Source: Promethearchaeota archaeon
GTDB taxonomy: Archaea; Asgardarchaeota; Lokiarchaeia; Sigyniarchaeales; SOKP01
NCBI GenBank assembly: GCA_019058445.1
Contig: JAHPZA010000006.1
Coordinates: 800,001-864,000 of the forward strand
DNA: 64,000 nt
Direction: 5' to 3'
Shown: positions 29,786 through 40,398 of the stretch, piece after piece
How positions within the stretch are numbered: the first letter of the stretch is position 1
How the letters are laid out: each line of letters opens with the position of its first letter
The notes under the pieces: model-generated
Databases searched by the model: none
Seen by the model: only the letters and a program-made list of their open reading frames with translations
Told to the model about the DNA's origin: nothing
Program-made: the position numbers and the translations under genes

Positions 29786-30910
29786 CTATATTCGATTTAT
29801 AATTTCATCAAAGAACTGATTAAGTAAATTTGCATCTAATGCCTCAGGGGCAAAAGCTCCTTTTCGTTTCACTCTATCCAGGACAATTGCTTCAGATACT
29901 ACTGCGATTGGAACTGCGGTTGATCTTGTCATATCTGCTTGCTCAGAGACTGCATCAGAGCGCAAATTTTCAATCTCAGTTTCTTGCTTTCCATTTCGAA
30001 TACCAATTACTTTAACCTGTATTCCACCTGGGAATTTTAAGCTCTCCAAATCATAAAAAGAAAAGGCTTTGGGAGATTCAAGGTATGCAGTAAGGAAAGT
30101 TAGCGGAGAAACTTTTTGACCCGCAATTTTAATCCGCTTGTCTGAATCAAGTCCTATATCCACAGCCTTTTGAATCAGTTGCACTAGCCCGAAAGGGACG
30201 ACATTTCCTTTACAAGATACAGTGCGGATGCCTGGAATATATCGTGGGATCGTAATTGGTTCACTGTGTCCAGAGTGAAAAACTGTGATAGTCCAATCTC
30301 CAAAGTGAATTTCTTCTGCCCCATCCAAAAATCCTATGACATTAACATAGCGACCGTCAATATAAGTTGGAATCTCTCCAAATTCTTCTCTGATAAAATC
30401 TAGCAAGGTTCCTGTTGACTCCTCTTCACGGTTAACTTCCGCACCTCCAGTAGCCCATACAACATGTGCTTCAAGAACTTCATCGAATCGAGATGCCAAA
30501 ATTTTGACCAACATATTTGTAAGTCCTGGAGATGTTCCTAAACCTGTTAATAATGTACGACTTGAATTTTTCCATTTCTCATCTTGTTCAAGTAAGGCTT
30601 TGGTAATTGCAATATCTGCACATGCATCAGTATAATGAATTCCCGCTTCGAGAGCCGCATCTGCTACTGCAGTGCCATGACGGTAATATGGAGCCACAAT
30701 ATTGACTATAAGATCAAGATCTTTAAGTTCATTAACTAAAGCAGGTTTATCATGAACATCTACAATTACTTCTTCAACATTTTTAATTTTTCCCGAAGTC
30801 TTTAAATCAAGCGCCACAACTCGTTCGACTTTGCCACCTTCAATGAGAGCTTTGCAAACACCTTTACCAATGAGTCCTTGAGCTCCAGCAACACCAATGG
30901 AAACTGTCAT
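29786..30910 (-). CDS. Saccharopine dehydrogenase-like NAD(P)-dependent oxidoreductase
   Basis: GAQGLIG, GIHYTD, GLGTSPGLTN, HSEPITIPR, GAFAPE. Confidence 0.88.
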   Translation of the reverse strand: MTVSIGVAGAQGLIGKGVCKALIEGGKVERVVALDLKTSGKIKNVEEVIVDVHDKPALVNELKDLDLIVNIVAPYYRHGTAVADAALEAGIHYTDACADIAITKALLEQDEKWKNSSRTLLTGLGTSPGLTNMLVKILASRFDEVLEAHVVWATGGAEVNREEESTGTLLDFIREEFGEIPTYIDGRYVNVIGFLDGAEEIHFGDWTITVFHSGHSEPITIPRYIPGIRTVSCKGNVVPFGLVQLIQKAVDIGLDSDKRIKIAGQKVSPLTFLTAYLESPKAFSFYDLESLKFPGGIQVKVIGIRNGKQETEIENLRSDAVSEQADMTRSTAVPIAVVSEAIVLDRVKRKGAFAPEALDANLLNQFFDEIINRI

Positions 30911-31093
30911 TAAATGAACTCCTCATATTTAATTTTTTAACTATAGTTTGTTTAAAAAAATTAGAATGTTTGAAAATATAAATATTATGAGAAATTAGAA
31001 TGGTTTGTAATAATTTCAACTATTTGTCGAGAAGGTTTTATATCTCCTTTAAGGTAATTAAGATAAGTAAAAGTAATAGTTTTCAATAAATCA

Positions 31094-31894
31094 TTATCTT
31101 CCTGTAAATCTAGGTTCTCGTTTTTTCATGAAAGACTTCATCCCCTCTCCAAAATCCTTTGTACGTATGTTTTTACAATATAATTTGAATTCATGGTGTA
31201 AGGAAGGGATCATTTCATTAAACTGTGAGAAATTTAACATAGCTTTATTGTATCCAAGACATCTCGTAGGTAATTCAGCAATTTTTTCAAGATACTCTCT
31301 CGATTTCGCTTTAAATTCTGGCGCTGGATATACCTTAGTAATTAATCCAATATCCAAAGCTTCCTCTGCATCAAGATGTCTTCCCGTCATTATTATTTCT
31401 GTTGCTCTCCCAAACCCCACTATTCGAGGTAATAACCAACTTGCTCCGCATAATATGCATATAGCTCGTGATGCGCGATGATCTCCTATTCTTAAATCAT
31501 CGGCAGCTAAGCGAAAATCACAAGCTAAAGCTAATTCAAATCCTGCACCGAGGCAAAAACCATGGAGCAATGCGACCACTGGTTTTTGAATTTCTCGAAT
31601 AAGATAAAGCATTCTTTGATGGGGCATTTCTGAACCATCCTCTAGTGGTTTAAATTTTACGCCTTCTGGCCCCATACTCTTTAAATCATCTCCCGAGCAG
31701 AATGATTTACCATTACCTTCAATCGCTAGCACTCTTAAAGCTTTATTTCTCATATTTGCCTCAAGAACATCAACAACTTCCATGATTAAAGGGTATTGCA
31801 ACGCATTAAGATGATTTGGTCGGTTAAGAGTTATAGTACCAATCCCATTCTCAAATCTATATATAATATATTTATAATTTTTTTCTAAAGTAAT
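31094..31894 (-). CDS. Enoyl-CoA hydratase/isomerase family protein (probable ATT start)
   Basis: FCSGDDL, GFCLGAGFELALACDFR, KREPRFTGR. The conserved N-terminus YKYIIYRFENGIGTITLNRPNHLNAL lies in frame upstream of the ORF-track TTG (31801). Confidence 0.88.
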   Translation of the reverse strand: MTLEKNYKYIIYRFENGIGTITLNRPNHLNALQYPLIMEVVDVLEANMRNKALRVLAIEGNGKSFCSGDDLKSMGPEGVKFKPLEDGSEMPHQRMLYLIREIQKPVVALLHGFCLGAGFELALACDFRLAADDLRIGDHRASRAICILCGASWLLPRIVGFGRATEIIMTGRHLDAEEALDIGLITKVYPAPEFKAKSREYLEKIAELPTRCLGYNKAMLNFSQFNEMIPSLHHEFKLYCKNIRTKDFGEGMKSFMKKREPRFTGR

Positions 31895-32067
31895 ATAAAT
31901 CCCCTTTTGTTGAATAATTCTTATGATATATGGCTAATTGGGTATTATGTATGAATTACTAATAAATCTTCACAAACAAATGCTTTTTTTCGGGTATATA
32001 AAATTTAAGATAAAGATTTATTACTTATAACTGTTAATTAAGAATTAAATTCAATTAATTAAAAGAT

Positions 32068-32652
32068 GTGATATATTTGAATATAGAAGATGCCATCTAT
32101 AAAAGACGCACAATCCGAAGATTCAAGCAGGATCCGATCCCCATAAAAACTCTAAAAAAACTCATTGATTATGCCCGTGTTGCTCCTGCTGGGAGTAATA
32201 TACAAAGTATTGAATATATTATTATCAATACGCCTGAAATGACAGAAAATGTTTTTCCATTAGTTAAATGGGCCGCGTCACTTCCAAAAAAAGATCGAAA
32301 TCCCGAGGTTTTTAGGCGTCCTACTGCATATATCATTGTTCTTGTGAATACAAATATTAAAAAGAACTATTTTGAATATGATATAGGTGCTGCAGTGGAA
32401 AACATTCTCTTAGGAGCTATGAAATTCAATATCGGGTCGTGTTGGATGGGATCATTTAATGGAAGAAAAATTAGAAAGCTCCTTAAAATTCCAGATTATT
32501 ATGAAATTACACATGTAATAAGTCTAGGGTATCCTGATGAGGAATCAGTCATGGAACTATATAAAGATTCTTTTAAATATTGGAAAGATGAAAACTGGAT
32601 TATGCACGTCCCTAAAAGAGCCATAGATGATATAATTTTTAAGATATTATAA
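32068..32652 (+). CDS. Nitroreductase family protein
   Basis: RRTIRRF, APAGSNIQ, GSCWMG, LGYP. Confidence 0.92.
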   Translation: MIYLNIEDAIYKRRTIRRFKQDPIPIKTLKKLIDYARVAPAGSNIQSIEYIIINTPEMTENVFPLVKWAASLPKKDRNPEVFRRPTAYIIVLVNTNIKKNYFEYDIGAAVENILLGAMKFNIGSCWMGSFNGRKIRKLLKIPDYYEITHVISLGYPDEESVMELYKDSFKYWKDENWIMHVPKRAIDDIIFKIL

Positions 32653-32705
32653 AAAATCTTTTTTTAATTAATTTTTCAGCAATTTTTATATAGTAAAAAA
32701 TTCAA

Positions 32706-33548
32706 ATGTATTTTATGAATTTTGAACAATTATTATATGAAGAGAAAGATAAAGTAGCGTGGATTACTTTAAATCGACCAGAAGTTTTAAATGCCTTAAG
32801 TATGAATCTTTCTGACGAACTAGTTGAAGCTCTTCAGATTATCCAACAATCAAAAAGATTAAAATTTTTAGTTATCAAAGGTGCAGGAAATAATTTTAGT
32901 GTAGGTGATGATATTAAGGAAATGATGAGATGGGGAGATGCAAATGGAATTATGCGAAGAGCAAGGTATTACCAGAATATGGCAAATCAGCTTGAAGAAT
33001 TAGATAAAATTACCATAGCGGCAGTAGATGGCTATGCAGTGGGTGGAGGTTTGGAAATAACTATGGCAGTTGATTTTGTAATTGCGACTGAGCGCGCAAA
33101 ATGGGGTATGCCTGAGGTTGATGTGGGGATTACTCCGGGTTGGGGGGGAACAACAAGGTTAGCCCGACTCATTGGTCGTCGCAGAGCAAAAGAAATCAAT
33201 TTAATTGGAGCATTACATCCTGCTAAACGAGCAGTTGAGTGGAATCTCTGGAATAGAGTTGTTCCAAATGATAAACTTGATGATGAAGTAGAAAAATTAT
33301 TAGAAGTCCTCCATTCTAAAAATCAGCAGGGAGTTCGTCAATTGAAATTCATCATAAACCGCGGTGTTGAATGTGATCTTTATACTGCACAAGGATTTGA
33401 AGCCATATCAGCTGGATTAACAGGTGCAGTTAGTGGGATGTGGAAGATAAAAGATGCCGACCAAGGTAAGGGAGTGGTGGGTTTTTCCAGAAAAGATAGT
33501 CTATGGAATAAGCGTAGAAGTCTTGCAAAAGATTTTTGGACAGATTAA
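32706..33548 (+). CDS. Enoyl-CoA hydratase/isomerase family protein
   Basis: ITLNRPEVLNAL, GYAVGGGLE, MPEVDVGITPGWGGT. Confidence 0.92.
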   Translation: MYFMNFEQLLYEEKDKVAWITLNRPEVLNALSMNLSDELVEALQIIQQSKRLKFLVIKGAGNNFSVGDDIKEMMRWGDANGIMRRARYYQNMANQLEELDKITIAAVDGYAVGGGLEITMAVDFVIATERAKWGMPEVDVGITPGWGGTTRLARLIGRRRAKEINLIGALHPAKRAVEWNLWNRVVPNDKLDDEVEKLLEVLHSKNQQGVRQLKFIINRGVECDLYTAQGFEAISAGLTGAVSGMWKIKDADQGKGVVGFSRKDSLWNKRRSLAKDFWTD

Positions 33549-33720
33549 AAGTTAGGTATTATGGAAGAAAAATTCTTTCTATTAATTGTTTTAAAATAAA
33601 ACTATAAATAGGAGGAGAATTAATTTTTTACCTAAAAGTATATATTATTTTTAATCTATAATTAACAAGGGTTTGAGAATACTTATTAAAATAAATTTGT
33701 AGAGTTTTCATATTTTAGAT

Positions 33721-34527
33721 ATGTCAAATATAAAAAATGAAATTAGGGAAAAGTATAAGGATATATTTGAATACTCATTGGATTTTATATATCTTAACGA
33801 TTTAAAAGGGAATTTTATCGATGCCAATGATATTGCATTAGGAGCTCTAGGATACGAAAGAGACGAGTTATCGAAAATCTCATTTGATGATTTAATCGAT
33901 GAGGATCAAGTGAAAATAGCATTGAATGTTATAAAAGAGATGACTGAAACTGGCAAACAAGCCAAACCGGGTGAATATAAACTTAGGACTAAGGATGGTA
34001 ATTATATTTATATTGAAGCATATTCCATCCCATTGAAAAAAGAAGGAAAAGTACATGCATTTTTAGGATTTGCTAAAAATATTACTGAGCTTAAAATTGC
34101 GGAAAAACACTTAAACGAGGCTATGGAGAGGTATCGGGCTCTTTATGAAAATACACCTTTTGCTATTTTGCTAATTAACTCAAAAGGAGTAATTGAAGAT
34201 TGTAATCCAAGGACCGTCGAATTATTCGGTTATAAAAAAAATGAATTACTCGAAAAAGAATTTAGAACACTCGGAGCTATTCAGTCTAAGGATCTCCCTA
34301 TGCTTCTGGATCTCTTTAAGCGCATGGTAAGTGGAGAAATTTTACACAGAGTTGATTTACAATTGAGGAAAAAAGATGGAAACCTAATATGGACAAATCT
34401 TCAGGCTTCTCTCGTTAGGATAGGTAAAGAATTATTTGTCCAAGCAATATTTCATGACATAGATCAACATAAAAAGGAAGATCTCGCTATGCAAGAGGAG
34501 CTTGAAAGATTAAGAAAAAAATTATAA
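33721..34527 (+). CDS. Stand-alone tandem PAS-domain protein
   Basis: Two PAS/PAC units (YKDIFEYSLD..DLKGNFIDAN; YRALYENTP..NSKGVIEDCN..KKDGNLIW..DI) and a short C-terminal helix. No output domain. Confidence 0.88.
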   Translation: MSNIKNEIREKYKDIFEYSLDFIYLNDLKGNFIDANDIALGALGYERDELSKISFDDLIDEDQVKIALNVIKEMTETGKQAKPGEYKLRTKDGNYIYIEAYSIPLKKEGKVHAFLGFAKNITELKIAEKHLNEAMERYRALYENTPFAILLINSKGVIEDCNPRTVELFGYKKNELLEKEFRTLGAIQSKDLPMLLDLFKRMVSGEILHRVDLQLRKKDGNLIWTNLQASLVRIGKELFVQAIFHDIDQHKKEDLAMQEELERLRKKL

Positions 34528-34558
34528 AAAAAATAAGAAAGAATTCAGCTCTATTTAA

Positions 34559-35167
34559 TTACCATATCTCAAATTTTTCATCAAGTTTTGTCCCGTAAAC
34601 CAGTAAGTACGGAATTAACAAATCCCATACACTCTGAAGGGCATTAATTAATATAACCAATACAACCCAATATTCCAAACCTTGAGACCCAAAAAGAGCT
34701 AAATACACAATTATATTTAATATTACCATAACTACTATTCGAAATACTGTCCCTAATACTCCATAAACGATAAATTTCTTTCGATCTTTTAATATTTTAC
34801 TTTTTAATACACCTTCTTCTCGTTTATATAATTTTAACAAGACGATTGGAACAATTATTAAGGATATGGTCGCAGCAAATTTCATTAAAGGGCCAATTGG
34901 AGCAAAAGGATCAAAGGGCATGAGAAGAACCATACCAATGATACAACATAAAATCCCGGCTATAGGACCAAATATTAAAAAGCATGCAACCCATATGATT
35001 GATACTGGATCAAAAAAAGCCATCCCTTCTGGCGTCCTCGGTAAAATGGGAACAAGAAAAACCGAAACAACAAGAGAAAGAGCACTAAAAATAGCTGCTC
35101 CAGCTAATTGTATTGTTAGCTGAGTTCTTTTAGGCATAAAAGTTTCTTTTTCTTCTGAACTAGACAT
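34559..35167 (-). CDS. ECF transporter S-component-like membrane protein
   Basis: AGAAIFSALS, FFDPVSI..FLIFGPIAG and about 6 TM segments. Confidence 0.75.
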   Translation of the reverse strand: MSSSEEKETFMPKRTQLTIQLAGAAIFSALSLVVSVFLVPILPRTPEGMAFFDPVSIIWVACFLIFGPIAGILCCIIGMVLLMPFDPFAPIGPLMKFAATISLIIVPIVLLKLYKREEGVLKSKILKDRKKFIVYGVLGTVFRIVVMVILNIIVYLALFGSQGLEYWVVLVILINALQSVWDLLIPYLLVYGTKLDEKFEIW

Positions 35168-35338
35168 TTTTTATCATATCTACTTAATTTTGAGTGATCT
35201 TTATATAATTATTTGAGAAAACTCAATATCTCACTATTTATAATAGTTTCGAAATAGAATTTATATTTATCTAAGTATTCCATTCATTTAAATTTTTAAA
35301 AATTAAGGAGATATTTAATAATAAATAAAGAAACACCA

Positions 35339-35387
35339 AGATTTTTATATATACAAATTAAGTTTTGATTGTATATAAAAAAAATCT
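35339..35387. repeat. Imperfect ~18-bp inverted repeat (possible terminator or operator)
   Basis: AGATTTTTATATATACAA-N12-TTGTATATAAAAAAAATCT in the 35168-35477 intergenic region. Confidence 0.4.
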
Positions 35388-35477
35388 AAAATCCTCTAAT
35401 TTCAATTTAATTTTAATCTACCCAATTTTGGAGTTATCTTTAATTTATTATAAAAAAATGATATAATATAAAAAGAA

Positions 35478-36269
35478 TTATGATTCCTCTACTGCCTCTA
35501 TTAGTTTTTCAACAGGTTTTTCTGCTTTAGGTGTAATTTTTACCATTACAGCAATTAATAACCACATAAGATAAAGTAAAATAATACCAAGTATCCATTC
35601 CGTACCACCTTCTCCGCTGCCCTCCGCATAAGCCAATTCGATTGCAAACACACCTGCGAGCGCAAAAATAAACAGCATAATAAATCTACCTATAAACATA
35701 TAAAAAATCGTCTTTTTAAGATCATACTTCACCATTCCTAAAGGTACCATAAGTAAAACGTCAGGTAGGGGAGTTAAGCCAAATATAATTATTACGCCGG
35801 GAATTGCTTTTGGTTTGCTTAAGATTATCTGGGCCCATCTATTTTGTACTTCAGGATCATCTTTACTCATGACATATTGTGCACCCTCTCCAATAAAATA
35901 ATCCATTAAGTCTCCCACAGTATTTGCAATGGTAGCAAGAAGTACTAGAAGTAATATTAACCCCCAAGCAGGTAATCCATATGCTTTTATCCACACCGCA
36001 GAAAATAAAGTAATTGGCAATGCATAGGGAATTGGAAATGGAACAAGAGCCCCTAAAAAACACACGAGCATGGTAAATCCCATAGCTATCCATATTGGCA
36101 CTTTTTCAAGTTCACTTGATTCGAAAAAATTCTTAAGAGAAAAATACTCACCAAAATTGGGATTTAATGCGGCTAAAATGGCAATGATAGTGATTGCTAC
36201 AAATAATGCGATAAGAAATACATCAATTTTTTTCAAGGATTTTATATCTTTCATGATCATCAAAACCAT
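35478..36269 (-). CDS. VTT/DedA (SNARE-associated Golgi protein-like) membrane protein
   Basis: PFPIPY, GDLMDYFIG, FGLTPLPDVLLMVPLG..Y...IGR. Confidence 0.8.
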   Translation of the reverse strand: MVLMIMKDIKSLKKIDVFLIALFVAITIIAILAALNPNFGEYFSLKNFFESSELEKVPIWIAMGFTMLVCFLGALVPFPIPYALPITLFSAVWIKAYGLPAWGLILLLVLLATIANTVGDLMDYFIGEGAQYVMSKDDPEVQNRWAQIILSKPKAIPGVIIIFGLTPLPDVLLMVPLGMVKYDLKKTIFYMFIGRFIMLFIFALAGVFAIELAYAEGSGEGGTEWILGIILLYLMWLLIAVMVKITPKAEKPVEKLIEAVEES

Positions 36270-36459
36270 AATATAGTAATTTTAGTAATTTATTAACCAG
36301 ATTTTGATTTGTTGTTAAACTAATATCTTTTTTATATTTATTCTTTTTCTTTTCTCCCAAATTAAAGTTTGTACAAAAGATTAAATTTAAAACTAAATTC
36401 TTTTATGTTTTTTTCATAACTTTTATTTAAAAATCAAATGCAGGGGATTTGAGTAAAAG

Positions 36460-37311
36460 ATGACGAATTTATTAGTAAGCTGTCCTTCTTGTTCTGAAAA
36501 GGGATATATTGATGTTTCAGAGGAAAGTTTGAAAGATGTGAAAAGAGGTTTACTAGCAGTCAATATCCCACCAAATGTTATTTGTTCTCATTCTTTTATT
36601 ATATACATTGATAATAATCTGGTAATAAGAGACTATTTCATCGCAGATTACCAATTTCAAATCGAAATTCCGGTACTGGATACTCTTGGAGAGAAAAAGG
36701 ATGTTATCGTTCCAGAAAAATATTTAGTTAACTTAAATTTGATCAAGCTTAATGTTTCTGCGAATTTAATGACTTATATTCTCAAGTCAATTTTTTTAAA
36801 AAAGAAAGTACTAATAATTTCAGAGGAAACATTCTTGAACAACATTATCCTCAATTTCTTCAAGTATATAACACAAGATAATTTCTATTTAGACATCTCT
36901 ATGATTTCTAATGAAAATTATAAACAAGAGAAAAAAAAATATAAAGATTATATGGTTTTTGAGGGTAGTACTATTATCAATAATGTAAAAAAATTAATCA
37001 ATCCAAAGAAATTGGCTATAGAAAAAGATATTGTGCATCGATTTCTTTCCGACATGGACCTAAATTCAAGTTTATTAGTATTAAGAAACGATATTAATAA
37101 AATTTATTTATTTTCAAAATCGATTGTTGACGCAATTAATAGTCTTGATAAGAAAGAGAAAATCAATATATTAAAGATAAATAAAAGCTTGGAAGAGACT
37201 CATAATGTTAAGATAAATAACTTATATCTGGAATTTTTAGTAGATATTGTCAGAAATTATTTTGAGATTAATGTACCGAGTATTTTCGAAAGTTTCCATG
37301 ATTTATTATAA
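36460..37311 (+). CDS. Zn-ribbon (CPxC...CxH) soluble protein, paralog 1
   Basis: CPSC..RGLLAVNI..ICSHSF..YID..RDYF. Full-length similarity to the genes at 37461, 38481 and 40399. Confidence 0.85.
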   Translation: MTNLLVSCPSCSEKGYIDVSEESLKDVKRGLLAVNIPPNVICSHSFIIYIDNNLVIRDYFIADYQFQIEIPVLDTLGEKKDVIVPEKYLVNLNLIKLNVSANLMTYILKSIFLKKKVLIISEETFLNNIILNFFKYITQDNFYLDISMISNENYKQEKKKYKDYMVFEGSTIINNVKKLINPKKLAIEKDIVHRFLSDMDLNSSLLVLRNDINKIYLFSKSIVDAINSLDKKEKINILKINKSLEETHNVKINNLYLEFLVDIVRNYFEINVPSIFESFHDLL

Positions 37312-37460
37312 CCGATAATTTACCTTGTGTAGAATACATTTAAATTATCGTCTTTTTTTACTTAGATTATTAACATCTATATTAAAAAATAGAGATGAAA
37401 ATGCATTATAAATGGGGGATCCCTCTATAAATCCCTAATTAAGATAATAACCCTAGAAAA

Positions 37461-38300
37461 ATGACACTCCTTCAAGTTGTTTGTCCAAATTGTTCACAGA
37501 GAGGAAATATAGAAATATCTGATGGTGCTTTAAAGAGTGTTTCACGTGGACTCCTTGCTGTGAATGTTCCTGAAGGTACAATTTGTTCTCATTCATTTAT
37601 TACATATATTGACAAAAATTTGAAGATTAGAGATTATTTTATTGCTGATTTCCAATATGAGCTACCTCACATAGGAGAAACTGAGAAGATTAAAGATATC
37701 TCATTTTCAGAGGAAATTGATTTAAGTTTAATTAAGCTAAATTTGCCAGCCAATTTGATTACTTATATGATTAAATCAATTTTAATAAACCAAAAAATAC
37801 TTTATCTCTCATCAGATTCCTTCATGAATCCTCATATGTTAGAATTTTTTCAAATAATAACACAAGACAATTTTAAATCTAATATATCTTTTGAATCTGA
37901 AGAGGATTTCAAAAATAGAAAAAATGAATTAGAAGATTTTATGGTATTTCAGGGAAGTGAAATCATTAATAATGTTAATAATTTATTAAATCCAAAAAAA
38001 CTTAAAGTGGAAAAAAAAATAGTGCAAAATTTTCTTTCTGAAGCAGATGTTAATTCTAGTTTAATACTATTAAAAAATGAACTTCAAAAGGCCTTCATGC
38101 TTTCAAATTCAATAGTAGAAACCATCCAAAAAATGAATAATATTAATAAGCTTAATATTTCTAAACTTGGCAAAAATTTAGAGAAAAGTTATAAATTTAA
38201 AATAAATAATGAATACTTAGATTTTCTACTTGATATAGTTAGAGGTTATTTCGGTATTGATGTACCTAGTCCTGCTGAAAGTTTTTATAAACTATTATAA
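37461..38300 (+). CDS. Zn-ribbon soluble protein, paralog 2
   Basis: CPNC..RGLLAVNV..ICSHSF; NPKKLKVEK. Confidence 0.85.
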   Translation: MTLLQVVCPNCSQRGNIEISDGALKSVSRGLLAVNVPEGTICSHSFITYIDKNLKIRDYFIADFQYELPHIGETEKIKDISFSEEIDLSLIKLNLPANLITYMIKSILINQKILYLSSDSFMNPHMLEFFQIITQDNFKSNISFESEEDFKNRKNELEDFMVFQGSEIINNVNNLLNPKKLKVEKKIVQNFLSEADVNSSLILLKNELQKAFMLSNSIVETIQKMNNINKLNISKLGKNLEKSYKFKINNEYLDFLLDIVRGYFGIDVPSPAESFYKLL

Positions 38301-38480
38301 GGATTAAAATTTCGAATAATAAGCTCCAGATACCTTAAATTCGCTCAATTTTTTCAATTTTCTAACCTAAAAAAAAAGAAATTAATATAAATGATTTATA
38401 TCTTTTTTACTTCTAAAATATATTATAAACCCAGATATACATGAACGGATTATATATTAAAAGCAAAACTAGATAAGCTC

Positions 38481-39326
38481 ATGGTGCAAATATTAATAAG
38501 ATGTCCCGCTTGTAAGGAGAATGGATTTATAGAAGTTGAAGAGAATGCGATGAAAAATGTCACTCGGGGACTTTTAGCGGTAAATATAGAAACTAATACA
38601 ATTTGTGAACATTCTTTTATAGTTTATTTAGATAAAAATCTAAAACTCAGAGATTATTTCATGGCTGACTTTAAGATAAGAATTCCTAAAGTAGCCTCAA
38701 TTGAAAAAAAAAAAGAAATAAAAATTCCTGGTTCTGAAATAATAGATTTAGATTTAATCAAGATTAATATGCCCGCAATACTAATAACTTATATTATAAA
38801 ATCAATCTTATTTAAGAAGAAAGTAATCATTCTTTCAGATGAGTCTTTTTTATATACTCATATTATTAATTTCTTCAATTATATTACTCAAGATTCCTTT
38901 GAAATCGATATCTCTTTAATTTCTAAAGAAGAATATAACCAAAACAAGAAATTATTTAAGAATGATATGGTCTTTGAGGGATCTAAAGTAGTTAATAATG
39001 TGGATAAAATTGTCGACCCAAAAAAATTAAAAGTAGAAAAGAAAATTGTTCAACATTTTATGGCAGAATCAGAACCGTCTACAAGTCTCATTCTTCTTAA
39101 AAACGAATTTCATAAAACATATATTTTATCCAAGACAATTGTGGATTTTATAAAAAGTCATAAGGGAGCAGAAAAATTAAATGCGGCAAAAATTTTAGAA
39201 TTTTTAGAAAAAACTCATGATATTAAAGTAGATACACCATACTTAAATTATTTATTTGAAATTGTAAATCTTTACTTTGAAATTGAGGTTCCTACATTAT
39301 ATGATAGCTTTCTTGGATTCATTTAA
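38481..39326 (+). CDS. Zn-ribbon soluble protein, paralog 3
   Basis: CPAC..RGLLAVNI..ICEHSF; DPKKLKVEK. Confidence 0.85.
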   Translation: MVQILIRCPACKENGFIEVEENAMKNVTRGLLAVNIETNTICEHSFIVYLDKNLKLRDYFMADFKIRIPKVASIEKKKEIKIPGSEIIDLDLIKINMPAILITYIIKSILFKKKVIILSDESFLYTHIINFFNYITQDSFEIDISLISKEEYNQNKKLFKNDMVFEGSKVVNNVDKIVDPKKLKVEKKIVQHFMAESEPSTSLILLKNEFHKTYILSKTIVDFIKSHKGAEKLNAAKILEFLEKTHDIKVDTPYLNYLFEIVNLYFEIEVPTLYDSFLGFI

Positions 39327-39467
39327 GATTAATGTATAAGATTTAAAACCTTATATAGTGTATTCATCTAAATACACTGCTGTATTAAATGAACTATAAA
39401 GAAGTTTTAAATAAGTAATAATATGATATATTATTATAACTTAAAACCTCTCTATGCAGGTGTTTTA

Positions 39468-40184
39468 ATGGTATTTTTTCAATTATCCATGGGTAGAATT
39501 ATAGCGATATATGTAGCTAATAGTATCATTTTTACATTCTTTATTTTTCTTGCATATAAAATTCTCAAACAAAGTAAAAAAAAGCAAAATGTATACTTTA
39601 GCATGATGTATATTTCAGTTGCGATTGGAATTTTTATAAATTTCATCTATGCTCCCATGACTGACCCAAACCTAATTATTTTCTTAAACTTTCTTACAAA
39701 TTATTTTATTACTCTTGGAACTATATTTCTAACTGTATTTGTATTAATCCTTTTAAAAACCGAGAAAGTTTTTACTACGATAAAACAATTTACTCTCATT
39801 CTTATCTATGCAATATTACTCTTTTTTATGATTGTAATCCCTGATGGCGTTGAAGTAGGGCCACATACCGGATGGTCTCCCCATTGGAGCTGGCCTCTTT
39901 TTATTTATGTAGCAATAGTCATAACATGTATGTCTGTAGGACCATCTCTCATTTATTCTATTAAATTATATAACAAATTCGAGGATGAATTAATAAAAAG
40001 GAAATGGAAATTTTTTATTATCGGGATGAGTGAACTCTTTGCTGTTCTTTATGGAACATTCTTTACCCATGCTCTTAATATTTCTCTAATCAGAAGCATA
40101 TGGGCAATCATTGCACTGATATTATCTCTCACAGGGGCCTATTTAATTTATTATGGTGTAGCTAAAAAATTCAAAACTGATTGA
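39468..40184 (+). CDS. Stand-alone 7TM membrane protein, paralog A
   Basis: Seven hydrophobic segments. TGWSPHWSWPLFIYVAI is shared with the gene at 41367. Start set at ATG 39468 after AGGTG. Confidence 0.85.
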   Translation: MVFFQLSMGRIIAIYVANSIIFTFFIFLAYKILKQSKKKQNVYFSMMYISVAIGIFINFIYAPMTDPNLIIFLNFLTNYFITLGTIFLTVFVLILLKTEKVFTTIKQFTLILIYAILLFFMIVIPDGVEVGPHTGWSPHWSWPLFIYVAIVITCMSVGPSLIYSIKLYNKFEDELIKRKWKFFIIGMSELFAVLYGTFFTHALNISLIRSIWAIIALILSLTGAYLIYYGVAKKFKTD

Positions 40185-40398
40185 TTAATCTCTTACTGTG
40201 TAGTACTTTTTTTTTCTTTTATTTAATTGTACAACATCATGAGAGTCAATTTTATTTAGTAACAAGAAAAGAATAAAATAAATACAAAAGAATAATCATA
40301 TTAAATTAACAATATTTTGAATATAATTGACGGATTAAGGTCAAAAAAATTTCTAAGAATTGTTGTTGAATAAAATAAATATCAAATTAAGGTAATTA

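Noticed and set aside
35168-35477. Riboswitch upstream of the ECF S-component-like gene
   Set aside because: The region is extremely AT-rich with no recognisable aptamer consensus. Only an AT-rich inverted repeat is present.
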